DNA of 64,000 nucleotides from Candidatus Latescibacterota bacterium. Its GTDB lineage: Bacteria; Latescibacterota; UBA2968; UBA8231. Every line of letters begins with the position of its first letter. Position 1 is the first letter of the stretch. Of this stretch, positions 1-10,471 are shown one piece after another. The notes under the pieces were generated by a model. It did no database searches. It was not told the DNA's origin and was given only the letters and a program-made list of their open reading frames with translations. Position numbers and translations under genes: made by a program. The DNA lies in the NCBI GenBank assembly GCA_965203355.1, contig OZ241889.1:1056001-1120000 (forward strand), given 5' to 3'.

Positions 1-398
1 TCGACGCCTTGAGACAGATCGAGAAGCCGGGCGTATGGCTTGCGGAAGCGGATTCCCAAGCGGGCGACCGTCCGCTGCCAAAACGCCTCTCGCTCTGCAA
101 CCGACCACGCAAAGAGTGCGGCGTGGGAATCCAAACCGAGCTCGCGCCGCAGGGCTGTCATATGCGCGTGCTCAATGTCTGCTGGCTCGGGGAAAAACAC
201 CGGGCCGCCCGCGCTGCCGTAGATTGCCCGATAGAGCAATTGGTGCAGCGCAAAGGGATGATCGGGCCGGAGAATGCAGCGGGCGGCCTCCCGCCAGCGT
301 GCTTCCGGCGCGCCGGAGAGGGCTTCGATTTGGGCGAGGAGCTTGGCGGCTTCGGGCTCGCCTATCCCGCAGCCGATGATGTCTGCGCGTTGGATCAT
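1..398 (-). CDS. AMP-dependent synthetase / acetyl-CoA-synthetase-like enzyme, N-terminal part (runs off window)
   Basis: Manual translation from ATG 398 is open to the window edge: MIQRADIIGCG...ILRPDHPFALHQLLYRAIYG...AALFAWSVAEREAFWQRTVARLGIRFRKPYARLLDLSQGV. The 'WSV...EAFW...LGIRF' segment is typical of ACS-like N-termini. Missing from the ORF track because it has no stop in the window. Confidence 0.7.
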   Translation of the reverse strand, partial: MIQRADIIGCGIGEPEAAKLLAQIEALSGAPEARWREAARCILRPDHPFALHQLLYRAIYGSAGGPVFFPEPADIEHAHMTALRRELGLDSHAALFAWSVAEREAFWQRTVARLGIRFRKPYARLLDLSQGV

Positions 399-663
399 GA
401 TGCCACGGCCGCTAGCACGCTCCAGCTCAATTCCGCCGGAGGAAGGCAGCGAATCTCGTCACATGCCTGATATTGGATCAAGAAGCGCAAATAGCCCGTC
501 GTCCCAGCCAAGTCCGCCCACAGCGCGACCTCATCCTCGTACACTGAGAGCGTCTCGCGGGCCAAGTCTAGCGGCCAATCCGCATTGAGCGTCAGCGAGG
601 TGGGAATGAGCAAGTCTCCCGAGGGAGGTTGGCGTTGATGTGCCAGCCCGGGCGGACGGCCAT
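395..663 (-). pseudogene. Frameshifted DsbD N-terminal-like (DsbC-family) domain
   Basis: ATG 663 gives MAVRPGWHINANLPRE. A one-base shift joins it to DLLIPTSLTL...IQYQACDEIRCLPP (ORF 395..613). GWHINAN...LIPT and YQACD..C.PP are motifs of this domain. Confidence 0.6.
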
Positions 664-710
664 GGCAAAAGCCTCGCCCGCCACGGGCTGTTAGCGAATC
701 GGCTTAGGGG

Positions 711-1748
711 CTATCCGACCATTTCTTGGGTCGTCTCCACCACGTATTTGACGTCTGCTAACTTCACGTGTCGGTTGGCCACCAGCCGCGCCCCGTGCGG
801 CGGACGCGGATTGCACAACACGCCCCGCGCCTTCCATCGGGCCACCAGATCGGCCGCCGACCAGCCCAAGGCCGCAAAATCCACCTTGAGGATGTTGGTC
901 GGTCGCGGTGGGAAAATCACCTCCACGCCCTCGATTGCGCCCAGCCCCTCGGCCAATGCCCGCGCCACTGCGTGATCTTCGGCCAGCCGATCTACCATCT
1001 GCTCTAGGGCTACGACGCCAGCCGCGGCCACGACTCCGGCTTGGCGCATGGCGCCGCCGAGCCGCTTGCGCATCCGATAGGCCCGATCGATAAAGTCCCG
1101 GCTACCGCACAGCAGCGAGCCGACCGGTGCGCTCAGCCCCTTGGAGATGCAGAACATCACCGAGTCAACGTGCTGAGTGTATTCTGGTACCGTCGTCCCG
1201 GTGGCGATGGCGGCGTTAAAAATGCGCGCCCCATCTACGTGTAGTTTTAGCCCATGTTCGCGGCAGGCGGTACTCACCGCAGCCACCTCGGCGACCGACC
1301 AAGCGTGGCCGGCGTGGTTGTTGTGGGTGTTTTCGATGCAGACGACCTTGAGCGGGGCAAAGTGCGGGTTGTCGGCGCGGATGGCTTCGCGTACTTGGTC
1401 GGCGGCGATAACGCCGTGCTCGCCAGCCACGATGCGGGCGGATAGCCCGGCGAGCGAGGCGTAGGTTCCGGCCTCCCAGTAGTACAAGTGAGCCTGCTGC
1501 TCAAAGAGCACTTCGTCGCCCCAGTGGGTGTGGGTCATCAAGGCGCAGGCATTGCCCATAGTACCCGAAGGCACGTAGAGTGCGGCTTCCATGCCCACCT
1601 TTTCGGCCGCCAATTCTTGCAGGCGGTTGACCGATGGATCTTCGCCGTACACATCGTCGCCCAATGGCGCGCAGGCCATGGCCTCTCGCATGGCCTCAGT
1701 CGGCAGGGTAATCGTGTCGCTGCGCAGGTCTATTGTCTTGTCGCTCAT
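711..1748 (-). CDS. ltaE: Low-specificity L-threonine aldolase
   Basis: [48 protein letters not shown] (PLP lysine), GGAMRQAG. Confidence 0.92.
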   Translation of the reverse strand: MSDKTIDLRSDTITLPTEAMREAMACAPLGDDVYGEDPSVNRLQELAAEKVGMEAALYVPSGTMGNACALMTHTHWGDEVLFEQQAHLYYWEAGTYASLAGLSARIVAGEHGVIAADQVREAIRADNPHFAPLKVVCIENTHNNHAGHAWSVAEVAAVSTACREHGLKLHVDGARIFNAAIATGTTVPEYTQHVDSVMFCISKGLSAPVGSLLCGSRDFIDRAYRMRKRLGGAMRQAGVVAAAGVVALEQMVDRLAEDHAVARALAEGLGAIEGVEVIFPPRPTNILKVDFAALGWSAADLVARWKARGVLCNPRPPHGARLVANRHVKLADVKYVVETTQEMVG

Positions 1749-1835
1749 GCGAATAGGCTCCTCAATTGACGCTGTATTGTACGCGCCCTACATTAGGCGG
1801 TCGCAAAATCTACAAACCACAAGGAGTTGCGTCCA

Positions 1836-3470
1836 ATGGCCTTTTCCTCTAAGGGCACCACGCACCGCAGCACCGCCACGGGCCGGCGCGGCATGATCGC
1901 TTCGGCGCATCCACTCGCTTCTCTGGCGGGTATGCGCATTCTGATGGAGGGGGGCAATGCCATTGACGCGGCCATTGCCACAGCCGCCGCGCTCAACGTG
2001 GTTGAGCCGTACATGTCGGGCATTGGCGGCGTCGGCTATCTACACATTTACAGTGCCCGCGAAAAAGAGCACAAGATCGTCGATTACGTTGGTCTCACGC
2101 CACGGGCCGCCGCGCTGAGCCTGTACGACAGCAACGACAAACAGGGGATCGGCCCCCTTTCGCCGCTGGTGCCTGGTGCTTGCGGCGGGTGGCTGGCCGC
2201 GCTGGATCGCTACGGCTCGATGGACGCGGCGCGCGTTTTTGCTCCGGCCATTGAGTACGCCGAGCAGGGCTATGCCCTCACGGTCAAGAACGCCTATTTC
2301 TACGCGGGTGCGGCCCCAAGCCTGCGCCGCTTCAAGACCGGTGCCGACACCTACCTGCTCGATGGCGCGGCCCCCGAGCCTGGCGAAGTGGTGAGGCAAA
2401 AGGCCCTCGCCGAGACCTTCCGCCAAGTGGCGGCCGAGGGCGCGGATGTCTTTTACCAAGGCGCGATTGCCGACCACATCGTTCGCTGTATGGAGGAGAC
2501 CGGCGGCCTGATTACAAAAGAAGACCTCGCTGATTTTGCGCCGGCATTCATCGACCCGATCTCCATCCACTATCGCGGTCGTGAGGTTTTTGCGCCGCCG
2601 CCGCCCTGCCAGGCTGTGCAGTACTTGGAGACGCTGGCCATCATGGAGGGCTTTGACGTGGCCGACCTCGGCCACAACACCGCCTCGACCTTGCACCGCT
2701 TTATCGAAACGACCAAGCTGGCCATGGCCGACCGCATTGCCTATGCGGCCATTGGCAATCCACCGACCGCCGGTCTGCTGTCGAAGGAATACGCAGCCGA
2801 GCGGCGCGTGCTCATCGGCGATAAAGCCCAGTTTACTGCGGGTGACCACCTCGTGCCCGGCGGCCCGGTTGGGGAGGTCAAAGCGGGTGACCCGCGCGGG
2901 TGGATGAGCGAATGCACGACCCACTTCGACACCATTGACGCCGATGGAAATGCCGTTGCCTGTACCCAGAGCTTGGGCGGCGCCTTTGGTTCGTCCATGG
3001 TAGTGCCGGAAACTGGCATTGCGCTCAACAACTTCATGCGCTGGTTTGACCGCGAGCCGACCAGCCCCAATGTCATTGGTCCGGCCAAGAAAAACGAAAT
3101 GTGCGTCTCGCCGGCCCAGGTTTGGGACGCCGCCGGCCTGCGTCTGCTCATCGGCACTCCGGGGAGCTATGGCATTCTCCAGACGACGCCGCAAATGATT
3201 ATGAACATCCTCGACCACCAGATGAACGTCCAAGCCGCCATTGAGGCCCCGCGCGTCAAGACCGGGAGCGCGGGCTTTATCGTCGATGCTGAAAACCGCA
3301 TTGACCGCGAGGTGGTCGCCGAGTTGGAACGCCGCGGGCACCAGTTCAATTTTCTCGGCGACTGGTCGCCCGGAGTCGGCTGTGGCCAAGGCATCATGGT
3401 CGATGCCGACACGGGTTCCTTTATGGGCGGGGCCGACCCGCGCCGCGACGGCTATGCCCTCGGTTGGTAA
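1836..3470 (+). CDS. ggt: Gamma-glutamyltransferase family protein
   Basis: [25 protein letters not shown] (nucleophile Thr), [12 protein letters not shown]; AAGGAG RBS at 1821-1826 favours ATG 1836. Confidence 0.9.
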   Translation: MAFSSKGTTHRSTATGRRGMIASAHPLASLAGMRILMEGGNAIDAAIATAAALNVVEPYMSGIGGVGYLHIYSAREKEHKIVDYVGLTPRAAALSLYDSNDKQGIGPLSPLVPGACGGWLAALDRYGSMDAARVFAPAIEYAEQGYALTVKNAYFYAGAAPSLRRFKTGADTYLLDGAAPEPGEVVRQKALAETFRQVAAEGADVFYQGAIADHIVRCMEETGGLITKEDLADFAPAFIDPISIHYRGREVFAPPPPCQAVQYLETLAIMEGFDVADLGHNTASTLHRFIETTKLAMADRIAYAAIGNPPTAGLLSKEYAAERRVLIGDKAQFTAGDHLVPGGPVGEVKAGDPRGWMSECTTHFDTIDADGNAVACTQSLGGAFGSSMVVPETGIALNNFMRWFDREPTSPNVIGPAKKNEMCVSPAQVWDAAGLRLLIGTPGSYGILQTTPQMIMNILDHQMNVQAAIEAPRVKTGSAGFIVDAENRIDREVVAELERRGHQFNFLGDWSPGVGCGQGIMVDADTGSFMGGADPRRDGYALGW

Positions 3471-4607
3471 GTGGTGAGCGCAAACGGTCCCTACCACGTC
3501 GAATTCTCCGGCGTCAGCAAAACCTACGATGGCCGCAACTGGGTCGTGCGGGACCTCGATCTCGACGTGCATAAGGGCGAATTCCTGACCATGCTCGGGC
3601 CGTCTGGCTCCGGCAAGACGACCTGCTTGATGATGCTCGCCGGGTTTGAGACGCCAGCTTCCGGCACCATTCACATCCACGGCGTACCGGTCGGCGATTT
3701 GCCGCCCCACAAGCGCGACATCGGCGTCGTATTTCAAAACTACGCGCTCTTCCCGCACATGACGGTGGGCGGCAACTTGGCGTTTCCACTCGAAGTGCGG
3801 GGCCTAGATCCCAGCGAGCAGCGAGAGCGGGTGGATCGCACCCTGCGCCTCGTGCGCCTCGAAGGCTTGGCGGATCGCCGCCCAGGGCAGCTATCCGGTG
3901 GCCAGCAACAGCGCGTGGCCATCGCGCGCGCCTTGGTCTTCGATCCGGAGCTCGTGTTGATGGACGAGCCACTCGGCGCACTCGACCGCCGCCTGCGCGA
4001 GGAAATGCAATACGAAATCCGCCGCATTCAGCGCACCTTGGGCATAACGGTTGTCTATGTCACGCACGATCAGCAAGAGGCGATGGTCATGTCGGATCGG
4101 GTCGCTGTCTTTCGCGGCGGCGCGATCGAGCAGGTCGCGTCCCCAGAGGTGCTGTACGAAGAGCCGGAGCGCGCTTTTGTAGCCCATTTCATCGGCGAGA
4201 ACAATCGCCTAAACGGCGTGGTGCGCACGGTTGGCGATGGCGTGTGCGAAGTAGAGGTCGGCGATGCGCTCGTCAAGGCCGTGAGCTTGGGGCAATGTCC
4301 GCCGGAGGCTACCGCGACGGTCGTCGTGCGCCCGGAGCGCGTGAAGCTCTCGCCGAGCGAGGGCCAGCACTCATACGCCAACGAGTTTGACGCTGATGTC
4401 GAGGATATAGCATTTCTCGGCGATCACATACGTCTGCGCCTAAAGCTGTGCGGGCACTCGGGCTTCATCGTCAAGATTGCCAACGTCATGGGCCACGGAG
4501 CGGTGTTGGAAGGAGATAGCATCCGCGTCGGTTGGTCCGTGCTGGACTGCCGGGCGCTGCAACCCGATGCGGTGGCCGACCAGGAGGACCCAGCGGCAAG
4601 TGGTTGA
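3471..4607 (+). CDS. Polyamine-type ABC transporter ATP-binding subunit (PotA-like)
   Basis: GPSGSGKT, VFQNYALFPHMTV, LSGGQQQRVA, MDEPLGALD, C-terminal TOBE-like domain. Confidence 0.9.
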   Translation: MVSANGPYHVEFSGVSKTYDGRNWVVRDLDLDVHKGEFLTMLGPSGSGKTTCLMMLAGFETPASGTIHIHGVPVGDLPPHKRDIGVVFQNYALFPHMTVGGNLAFPLEVRGLDPSEQRERVDRTLRLVRLEGLADRRPGQLSGGQQQRVAIARALVFDPELVLMDEPLGALDRRLREEMQYEIRRIQRTLGITVVYVTHDQQEAMVMSDRVAVFRGGAIEQVASPEVLYEEPERAFVAHFIGENNRLNGVVRTVGDGVCEVEVGDALVKAVSLGQCPPEATATVVVRPERVKLSPSEGQHSYANEFDADVEDIAFLGDHIRLRLKLCGHSGFIVKIANVMGHGAVLEGDSIRVGWSVLDCRALQPDAVADQEDPAASG

Positions 4608-5832
4608 CCGAGTAACAGCACCCACAGGTGAGGCCGCGGCCAAACAGCAGGCGTGGCAGCGGCGCCGCGCCGTCGGATTAACGCTGCCGCTGATCGCCTT
4701 TGTCCTAGTGAGCTTTGTCGCGCCGCTCGGGACCTTACTGGTGCGTAGCGCGTATGATCCGCTAGTCGCGGATGCGTTGCCGGAAACGCTTGCCCTTTTG
4801 CGGACCTGGGACGGGACCAGTGCCTTGGCAGAACCTGTGTATGCCGCGGCCGCACGCGAGTTGTTGCAGGCGCGGGAAGAGCGCACCCTCGGCCAAATTG
4901 CCACGCGCGTCAACCGCATCAAGAGCGGTTTGCGCAGCGTTGTCACGCGCAGTGCGCGCAAGTTGCGCAACGCCAGCGGCGACTCTTGGCGCGAAACCAT
5001 GGTCGGCATCAACGCCGCTTGGGGCGCGCCGGATGTGTGGCTGGCGATTCGCAGTGCTGGAGAGCGGTTCACGTTCCGCCATTATATCAATGCGCTCGAT
5101 CTCATGCGCCAGCCCGATGGCAGCATCGCCCCGCAGCCCGAGGAACGGCGCATTTATCTGCCGCTTTTGTGGCGCACCTTGGCCATTAGCTTGGGTATTT
5201 CCGCGCTGTGCTTGGCCATTGGCTACCCGATTGCCCACCTGATCGCTCACGCACCGCCGCGCCGCGCCAGTCTGCTGTTGTTGCTGGTGTTGGTGCCGTT
5301 TTGGACCTCGCTGCTGGTGCGGACGACAGCTTGGATCGTGCTGCTCCAGACCCAGGGCGTAATCAACAATTTGCTGGTGGCGAGCGGACTGGTCGCGGAC
5401 GACGGTCGCATCCCCATGATATACAACATGACCGGCACGTTTGTGGCGATGACCCACGTGTTGTTGCCCTTCATGGTGCTGCCGCTGTACTCGGTGATGC
5501 GTTCGATTCCGCGTTCGCACCTACGGGCCGCGTCCTCTCTCGGCGCGACTCCCTTTCAGGCGTTCTGGCGCGTCTATTGGCCGCAAACCTTGCCCGGGGT
5601 TGGCGCTGGATCGCTGATGGTGTTCATCCTCGCCATTGGCTACTACATCACGCCGGCGCTGGTCGGTGGGAGCAAGGGCCAGCTTATTTCCAATATGATC
5701 GCCTATCACATGCAGACCTCGCTCAACTGGGGGCTCGCCGCCGCGCTCGCCGCCATCTTGCTCGTGGGCATCATCGCGCTGTACGTGCTCTACGACCGCG
5801 TGGTGGGCCTTGACCGCATGAGGCTGGGCTGA
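4600..5832 (+). CDS. Polyamine-type ABC transporter permease (PotB-like)
   Basis: LVPFWTSLLVRT, HVLLPFMVLPLY, EAA-like AASSLGA; GTG 4600 overlaps the upstream stop (start uncertain). Confidence 0.85.
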   Translation: MVDRVTAPTGEAAAKQQAWQRRRAVGLTLPLIAFVLVSFVAPLGTLLVRSAYDPLVADALPETLALLRTWDGTSALAEPVYAAAARELLQAREERTLGQIATRVNRIKSGLRSVVTRSARKLRNASGDSWRETMVGINAAWGAPDVWLAIRSAGERFTFRHYINALDLMRQPDGSIAPQPEERRIYLPLLWRTLAISLGISALCLAIGYPIAHLIAHAPPRRASLLLLLVLVPFWTSLLVRTTAWIVLLQTQGVINNLLVASGLVADDGRIPMIYNMTGTFVAMTHVLLPFMVLPLYSVMRSIPRSHLRAASSLGATPFQAFWRVYWPQTLPGVGAGSLMVFILAIGYYITPALVGGSKGQLISNMIAYHMQTSLNWGLAAALAAILLVGIIALYVLYDRVVGLDRMRLG

Positions 5833-6641
5833 TGTTGGGGCGGTGGGTCTATCTCGCGTTCTGCACGGCGGCGTTTGTCTTCTTGGTCGCGCCGATTTTG
5901 GTGATCGTGCCGCTCAGCTTCAATGCGGAGCCGTATTTTACGTTTACCGAGGGCATGTTGCGACTCGACCCAGCGGCCTATTCGCTGCGTTGGTACCGCA
6001 GCATCTTTGAAGATGGCGTATGGACCCGTGCCTTAGTCAACAGCTTGGTCATCGGCGTCTCGGCGACGCTACTGGCGACCTCGCTTGGCACCCTTGCGGC
6101 CCTCGGACTAGCGAATTCCGCCATGCCCGCTCGGCGGGCGGTGATGGGGCTGTTGATCTCGCCGATGATCACGCCGGTCATCATCGCCGCGGTGGGGATG
6201 TTCTTCTTTTACTCCAGGCTTGGCTTGGCTCAGACTCACCTCGGCATAATCCTCGCCCATGCCGTGCTCGGGGTGCCGTTTGTGGTGATTACCGTAACCG
6301 CCACGCTGTCGAGCTTTGACCGGAACTTGATGCGGGCCGCCGCCAGCCTCGGCGCGGGGCCGCTGTGCAGCTTCTGGCGCGTACAGTTGCCGCTCATCGC
6401 ACCTGGCGTGGCTTCGGGCGGGCTGTTCGCTTTTGCCGCTTCCTTTGACGAGGTCGTGGTGGTGCTGTTCATGGGCGGCCTAGAGCAGCGCACCATCCCG
6501 CGGCAGATGTGGGCGGGCATTCGCGAGCAAATCAGCCCTACCATCCTCGCGGTGGCGACCTTTCTCATTGCCTTTGCCGTGTTGGTTCTGTTTACGGTGG
6601 AATGGCTGCGCCGCCGCGGAGGCCAAACGCCCGCAAGCTGA
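5832..6641 (+). CDS. Polyamine-type ABC transporter permease (PotC-like)
   Basis: SLRWY, AAASLGA, SFDEVVV motifs; TGATG coupling to the upstream permease. Confidence 0.88.
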   Translation: MLGRWVYLAFCTAAFVFLVAPILVIVPLSFNAEPYFTFTEGMLRLDPAAYSLRWYRSIFEDGVWTRALVNSLVIGVSATLLATSLGTLAALGLANSAMPARRAVMGLLISPMITPVIIAAVGMFFFYSRLGLAQTHLGIILAHAVLGVPFVVITVTATLSSFDRNLMRAAASLGAGPLCSFWRVQLPLIAPGVASGGLFAFAASFDEVVVVLFMGGLEQRTIPRQMWAGIREQISPTILAVATFLIAFAVLVLFTVEWLRRRGGQTPAS

Positions 6642-6725
6642 GCGTGGTTGGCTGCTTGCTTAGCGGAATGAGCGGTCTATATTTTTCGTCAGACGCAGAC
6701 GCAAAACTAGTAAACGAGGTAATCC

Positions 6726-7379
6726 ATGCTGAGATTCGCCGAAGAAATCATGCTTCTTTTACTCGACGATGAAGATGGGAGCTTCGCCCGAGTTCCCGAC
6801 CGGGTGGTGCGCTACGCCTTGGGTGGTGGAGTGCTGATGGAACTGGCGCTGGCAGACCGCATCGACACGGATTTGGACAAGCTGGTCCTCGTCGATGGTA
6901 CTCCCTTGCAAGACAGCCTGATTGACCCGACGCTGAGCGACATTGCCGCGGCGACCGAAACGCACGATACGCGCTACTGGCTGGAACGCACGGCCGCCCG
7001 CGCCGACGAGATTCGCGAGGGTGCGCTCCGTCGGCTGGTGCAAAAGGGCATTCTCGCGCGCGAGGAAGGGCGCTTCCTGTGGGTGTTTCGCTCGCGGCGC
7101 TATCCGGCCCTCGATGGCAAGGCCGAGCAAGAGGTCAAGCTGCGCATCATGGAGGTGCTGTTTAGCGATAAAATCCCCGACCCCCGCGACGTGGTCTTTA
7201 TCTGCCTGGCGGACGCTTGCGGAATCTTCGAAAACCTCTTGGCCAGCCGCGAGTTGGCCCGCGCAACGGGCCGCATCGAACAGGTGCGCAAGCTGGACTT
7301 GATTGGCCAAGAGATGACCAAGGCCATTTGGGACATTGAAGCGTCGCTGGCCCTCGCCATGCCGCCGCACATGTATTAA
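6726..7379 (+). CDS. GPP34 / GOLPH3-Vps74 family protein
   Basis: AEEIMLLLLDD..G, GGVLMELALADRI, LRRLVQKGIL..EEGRFLWVF..RRYP. Confidence 0.8.
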   Translation: MLRFAEEIMLLLLDDEDGSFARVPDRVVRYALGGGVLMELALADRIDTDLDKLVLVDGTPLQDSLIDPTLSDIAAATETHDTRYWLERTAARADEIREGALRRLVQKGILAREEGRFLWVFRSRRYPALDGKAEQEVKLRIMEVLFSDKIPDPRDVVFICLADACGIFENLLASRELARATGRIEQVRKLDLIGQEMTKAIWDIEASLALAMPPHMY

Positions 7380-7400
7380 ACGCTTGTCATATTCAAAATA

Positions 7401-7445
7401 AAAAAGGCGCGGGAAGCACAGAATGTGTGCTCTTCGCGCCTTTTT
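7401..7445. terminator. Bidirectional intrinsic terminator
   Basis: AAAAAGGCGCGGGAAGCACA-gaatg-TGTGCTCTTCGCGCCTTTTT between convergent genes. Confidence 0.75.
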
Positions 7446-7461
7446 CGTGCCGTGCGATACG

Positions 7462-8841
7462 TCAATCTTCGTAGTAAACCCCAAATAGAATCATCATCTC
7501 GTCTGTTGAAAACAAACCGAAGTTAATCTCTCGGTCGGTCGTGTTGTCATAGGTGGTTTCTAACTTGAAGCCCGCTCCTCGCTCTAGGACGAGCGGCGGA
7601 TCGAATCTCAGGATCGGCGGGTGTTCCCAGTCGTAAGCGACATAGATAAGCTCGCCATCGCGCGCGCCGCCGATCATTTCGACCCGGAATTCCACCATGA
7701 GCTGATGCGCGTGCGAGACTAGCTGCACAATGTGAGTCCGCTCGGAAAAGGTAAAATCCTTCGTTAGGGTCGTCACCTTCCTCGCCGGCAGGGAAATATC
7801 GAGGTTGTTCAAAGAAAAAAGACGCGCCTCGTGCTCGACTTCAGCAGGGTCGGCAAAGTGCAAGTTGGCATAGACCTCGCCGGTAACGGGCCGACTGGTG
7901 CGATTGACGTAGTGCGAGTTGAGGTCGAGCAGGGTGTTCTTGGGTAGCCGCATCGCCACGCCGGGCGGCAGGGAGAAGTCGAAGAAAGGCCATTGGCTAC
8001 CGGCGATTGGCAGGTGGTAAAATTGCGTGAGTACCGTTGTAACGACGTACTGCCCGGTCCCATCGTGCAACTCGCGATATTCGTAGGGTTCGGGCATGCG
8101 CTCGGGGGGTATGTCGTCTTGGAAGGTGTAGAGCAGGAAGTGGTGCGAGCCGGACTTCATGGAGATTTGGACGCGCTCTACGAATACATCGTCTTGGTTG
8201 TTCAGCGGATGCACGACGAAAATTTCGCGCTCAGTGTTGGGCTGGACTTCAAAGGGCGGCAAGTGTAGCTGGATCCCGTTTTCCGGCTTGGCTAGCGGTT
8301 CAAACGCCGGCACTTCATAGCGCGACTCGTCCGCCAAGAGGGCGGGGTCGGCCACGTGCCCGGTCTCTGGTGCGCCAGCCTCGATCCACGCGCGGATAAA
8401 AGCCAACTCGCCGTTGGTCAGCGGCTTGCCGCCAAAGGGCATAAGCTCCCCGTAGTAGGGATGGTCGCCGTAGAAATGCTGCTGGTCGAGCGCGTTGATT
8501 TTCTCCCACAAATAGCTCTTGAGGAGCCCGGGCATGCCTTGCCCGAGATCGCTGACCCGCATCAGCCCATCGGCGGCCGCCGCCGCATTGGTCGGAGTGG
8601 CTCCCACGAGCTGTTCGTAGGCCACATCCGGGGTGAGCACCAGGCCCGACTGACGCCCAAACGAGGTCCCGGCCGCGTGGCAACTGACGCATTGGCCAGC
8701 GAAAATGTCCGTTTGGATAATGTCCCAAGTCGAATCGGCCGCGTACCTGGTCGTTTGCACCGGCCCTGGACCGTCGGCACTACAGCCGACAAAAATCGAG
8801 CCTATGAGCAAGCAGCGGCGGATTGCGCTAGATGCGGACAT
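7462..8841 (-). CDS. Lipoprotein with a c-type heme motif and a copper type II (PHM/DBH-like) monooxygenase domain
   Basis: Lipobox FVGC, CVSCH, HHFLLY, LNSHYVN, SHAH, DEMM. Confidence 0.65.
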   Translation of the reverse strand: MSASSAIRRCLLIGSIFVGCSADGPGPVQTTRYAADSTWDIIQTDIFAGQCVSCHAAGTSFGRQSGLVLTPDVAYEQLVGATPTNAAAAADGLMRVSDLGQGMPGLLKSYLWEKINALDQQHFYGDHPYYGELMPFGGKPLTNGELAFIRAWIEAGAPETGHVADPALLADESRYEVPAFEPLAKPENGIQLHLPPFEVQPNTEREIFVVHPLNNQDDVFVERVQISMKSGSHHFLLYTFQDDIPPERMPEPYEYRELHDGTGQYVVTTVLTQFYHLPIAGSQWPFFDFSLPPGVAMRLPKNTLLDLNSHYVNRTSRPVTGEVYANLHFADPAEVEHEARLFSLNNLDISLPARKVTTLTKDFTFSERTHIVQLVSHAHQLMVEFRVEMIGGARDGELIYVAYDWEHPPILRFDPPLVLERGAGFKLETTYDNTTDREINFGLFSTDEMMILFGVYYED

Positions 8842-8844
8842 CGG

Positions 8845-9699
8845 TCAAGTGCCAGCTTGGTCGAGCAGGTCGGCCAAGTTCTGGCCCAAGATCAGGCGCT
8901 TGTGCTCGTCTGGAACGAACGTGCAGTGCGTGCGGAATGCTTCGAGTGCCTGCTGGTAGGTCATGTTGAATCGCACGACCGGGTAGTCCGAGCCCCAGCA
9001 CAATCGGTGGGGGCCGAAGTGTTCGTAAAGCTGGCGCACGATGTGATGCGTATCCGAGTAGGGGTAATCCCACGAGACGTGTGAAGCGTAGTGAAAACCC
9101 GAGAGCTTGATGTAAATGTTGGGCACCTCGGCCGAGCGCAGAATCTCCTGTAGGTTGGGGTGCGGCGTTTCTTCGCGTGCGTTGGCCCCGGCCATGTGGT
9201 GACAGAGAAAAGTCACCGATGGAAAGCGCCGCGCCAGTTCGCGCAACGCTGGCTGCCACGGCGGCCCCAAAGCTAGGCTGGCGATCAGGTTCAGATCGGC
9301 TGTCGCGCTGAAAAACGCGCGCCCTTCCTCAGACGCAAACCACTCGGTGTCGCCTTTTACGTAGTGCGTATAGCCCTTGAGCTGGTACTTTTCTGCGGCC
9401 GCTTTGAGCCGCTCGGCCGCGCCCGGCGTGTGATATTCTGCCGACCACGAGCAATCCACGTCGGCAAATTGCACCAAGCGATTTGGATAGGCGCGGATTT
9501 GTTCGGCGACGTAGTCGTTGTTGTGGGGATTGTGCTCGATGCGCGCGCAGACCAACACGGCCTTATCGACGCCGTGGCGGTCCATTTCCCACAGCAGTTG
9601 CTCGACCCGGCCGCGGCTGTTGTGATCGGGCACGGGCGGCTCGTAGGGCCAGTATTCCCAAGCGTGCGTATGCGAGTCGATTATCATAGGAAGCCCCAA
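8845..9699 (-). CDS. Amidohydrolase family protein (amidohydrolase_2)
   Basis: IIDSHTH, PNIYIKLSG, FGPHRLCWGSDYP. Confidence 0.85.
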   Translation of the reverse strand: MGLPMIIDSHTHAWEYWPYEPPVPDHNSRGRVEQLLWEMDRHGVDKAVLVCARIEHNPHNNDYVAEQIRAYPNRLVQFADVDCSWSAEYHTPGAAERLKAAAEKYQLKGYTHYVKGDTEWFASEEGRAFFSATADLNLIASLALGPPWQPALRELARRFPSVTFLCHHMAGANAREETPHPNLQEILRSAEVPNIYIKLSGFHYASHVSWDYPYSDTHHIVRQLYEHFGPHRLCWGSDYPVVRFNMTYQQALEAFRTHCTFVPDEHKRLILGQNLADLLDQAGT

Positions 9700-9831
9700 T
9701 AGGTTTGGTTGTTAAGCGTTGGCGACTTATGGCAAAAGATACTTAAAAAAGGGGCCGTCTGCCAAACTGGCTACTGGACGTTGCCCGAGCATGTGAATAG
9801 GCAGATAGGTGCTTTTTTGAGCCGTAGTGAG

Positions 9832-9865
9832 CAAAAAAACGCGGAGCAGACGAGCCGCTCCGCGT
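9832..9865 (-). terminator. Intrinsic terminator of the ECF sigma operon
   Basis: Stem ACGCGGAGC/GCTCCGCGT followed by a T-run on the minus strand. Confidence 0.65.
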
Positions 9866-9890
9866 CGTGAAGGAAAATGGGAATCGCTGC

Positions 9891-10065
9891 TTACCGCTTG
9901 CCGCGCCAGAGTCGGCCACTGCCGTAAAACGCCTCGTCTTTCATCTCTTTGAGCTTTTCGCGCTGCTCGCCGGTCAAGACGTTTTCCAAAGCCGTGCGGT
10001 GCTTTTGGCGCATTCCGCGCATCTCTGTGCGGTGCTTTTGGCGCAATTCCTTGAGCTTTTTGATG
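9891..10065 (-). pseudogene. 5'-truncated Spy/CpxP (LTxxQ)-like fragment
   Basis: Open frame SIKKLKELRQKHRTEMRGMRQKHRTALENVLTGEQREKLKEMKDEAFYGSGRLWRGKR* with no signal peptide or convincing start; ends just before the terminator. Confidence 0.45.
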
Positions 10066-10470
10066 CTATTTATTCCGGTGCGTTTTGATTTTTTGGTGCC
10101 GCTCGCGCCAAGGTCCCATCAACTCCCCAAAGCGTCGCTGCCGCCGATCTAGCCGCCTGAGTTGCTCCTCAGACAACAAGGGGGCCAGCTCGGCCCGCGA
10201 CGCATCCAACTGTTCCTTTAATTCTTCCCGATGCTTGGCGTTGAGTTCGCGGAGCGCGGCGGCGTATCGCCGCAGCACGGCCCGCATGGCTTGGCGTTGC
10301 TCTTCGTCCTGCGGCGCGAGCAACCGCTCGGTGCTGCGGACAAAATGGCGGGGATGCGGAATGGGCCGCAGGCGGTCGCGAACGAACCACCCGGAGAGCA
10401 GCGTCCCGATCAGTACGCCGATGAGCAGGGTACTGAAGAGAATGAGTGCGCCTTTAGTTTTCCCTCGCAT
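10066..10470 (-). CDS. Membrane-anchored helical periplasmic protein (heavy-metal-sensor/Spy-like)
   Basis: N-terminal TM segment, helical body, LSEEQ motif; third gene of the sigma/anti-sigma operon. Confidence 0.6.
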   Translation of the reverse strand: MRGKTKGALILFSTLLIGVLIGTLLSGWFVRDRLRPIPHPRHFVRSTERLLAPQDEEQRQAMRAVLRRYAAALRELNAKHREELKEQLDASRAELAPLLSEEQLRRLDRRQRRFGELMGPWRERHQKIKTHRNK

Positions 10471-10471
10471 A

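Noticed and set aside
2040-3758. 572-aa antisense ORF (and similar long shadow ORFs such as 17445..18761 and 39472..40395)
   Set aside because: They lie opposite well-supported genes, have no motifs, and are expected in high-GC DNA.
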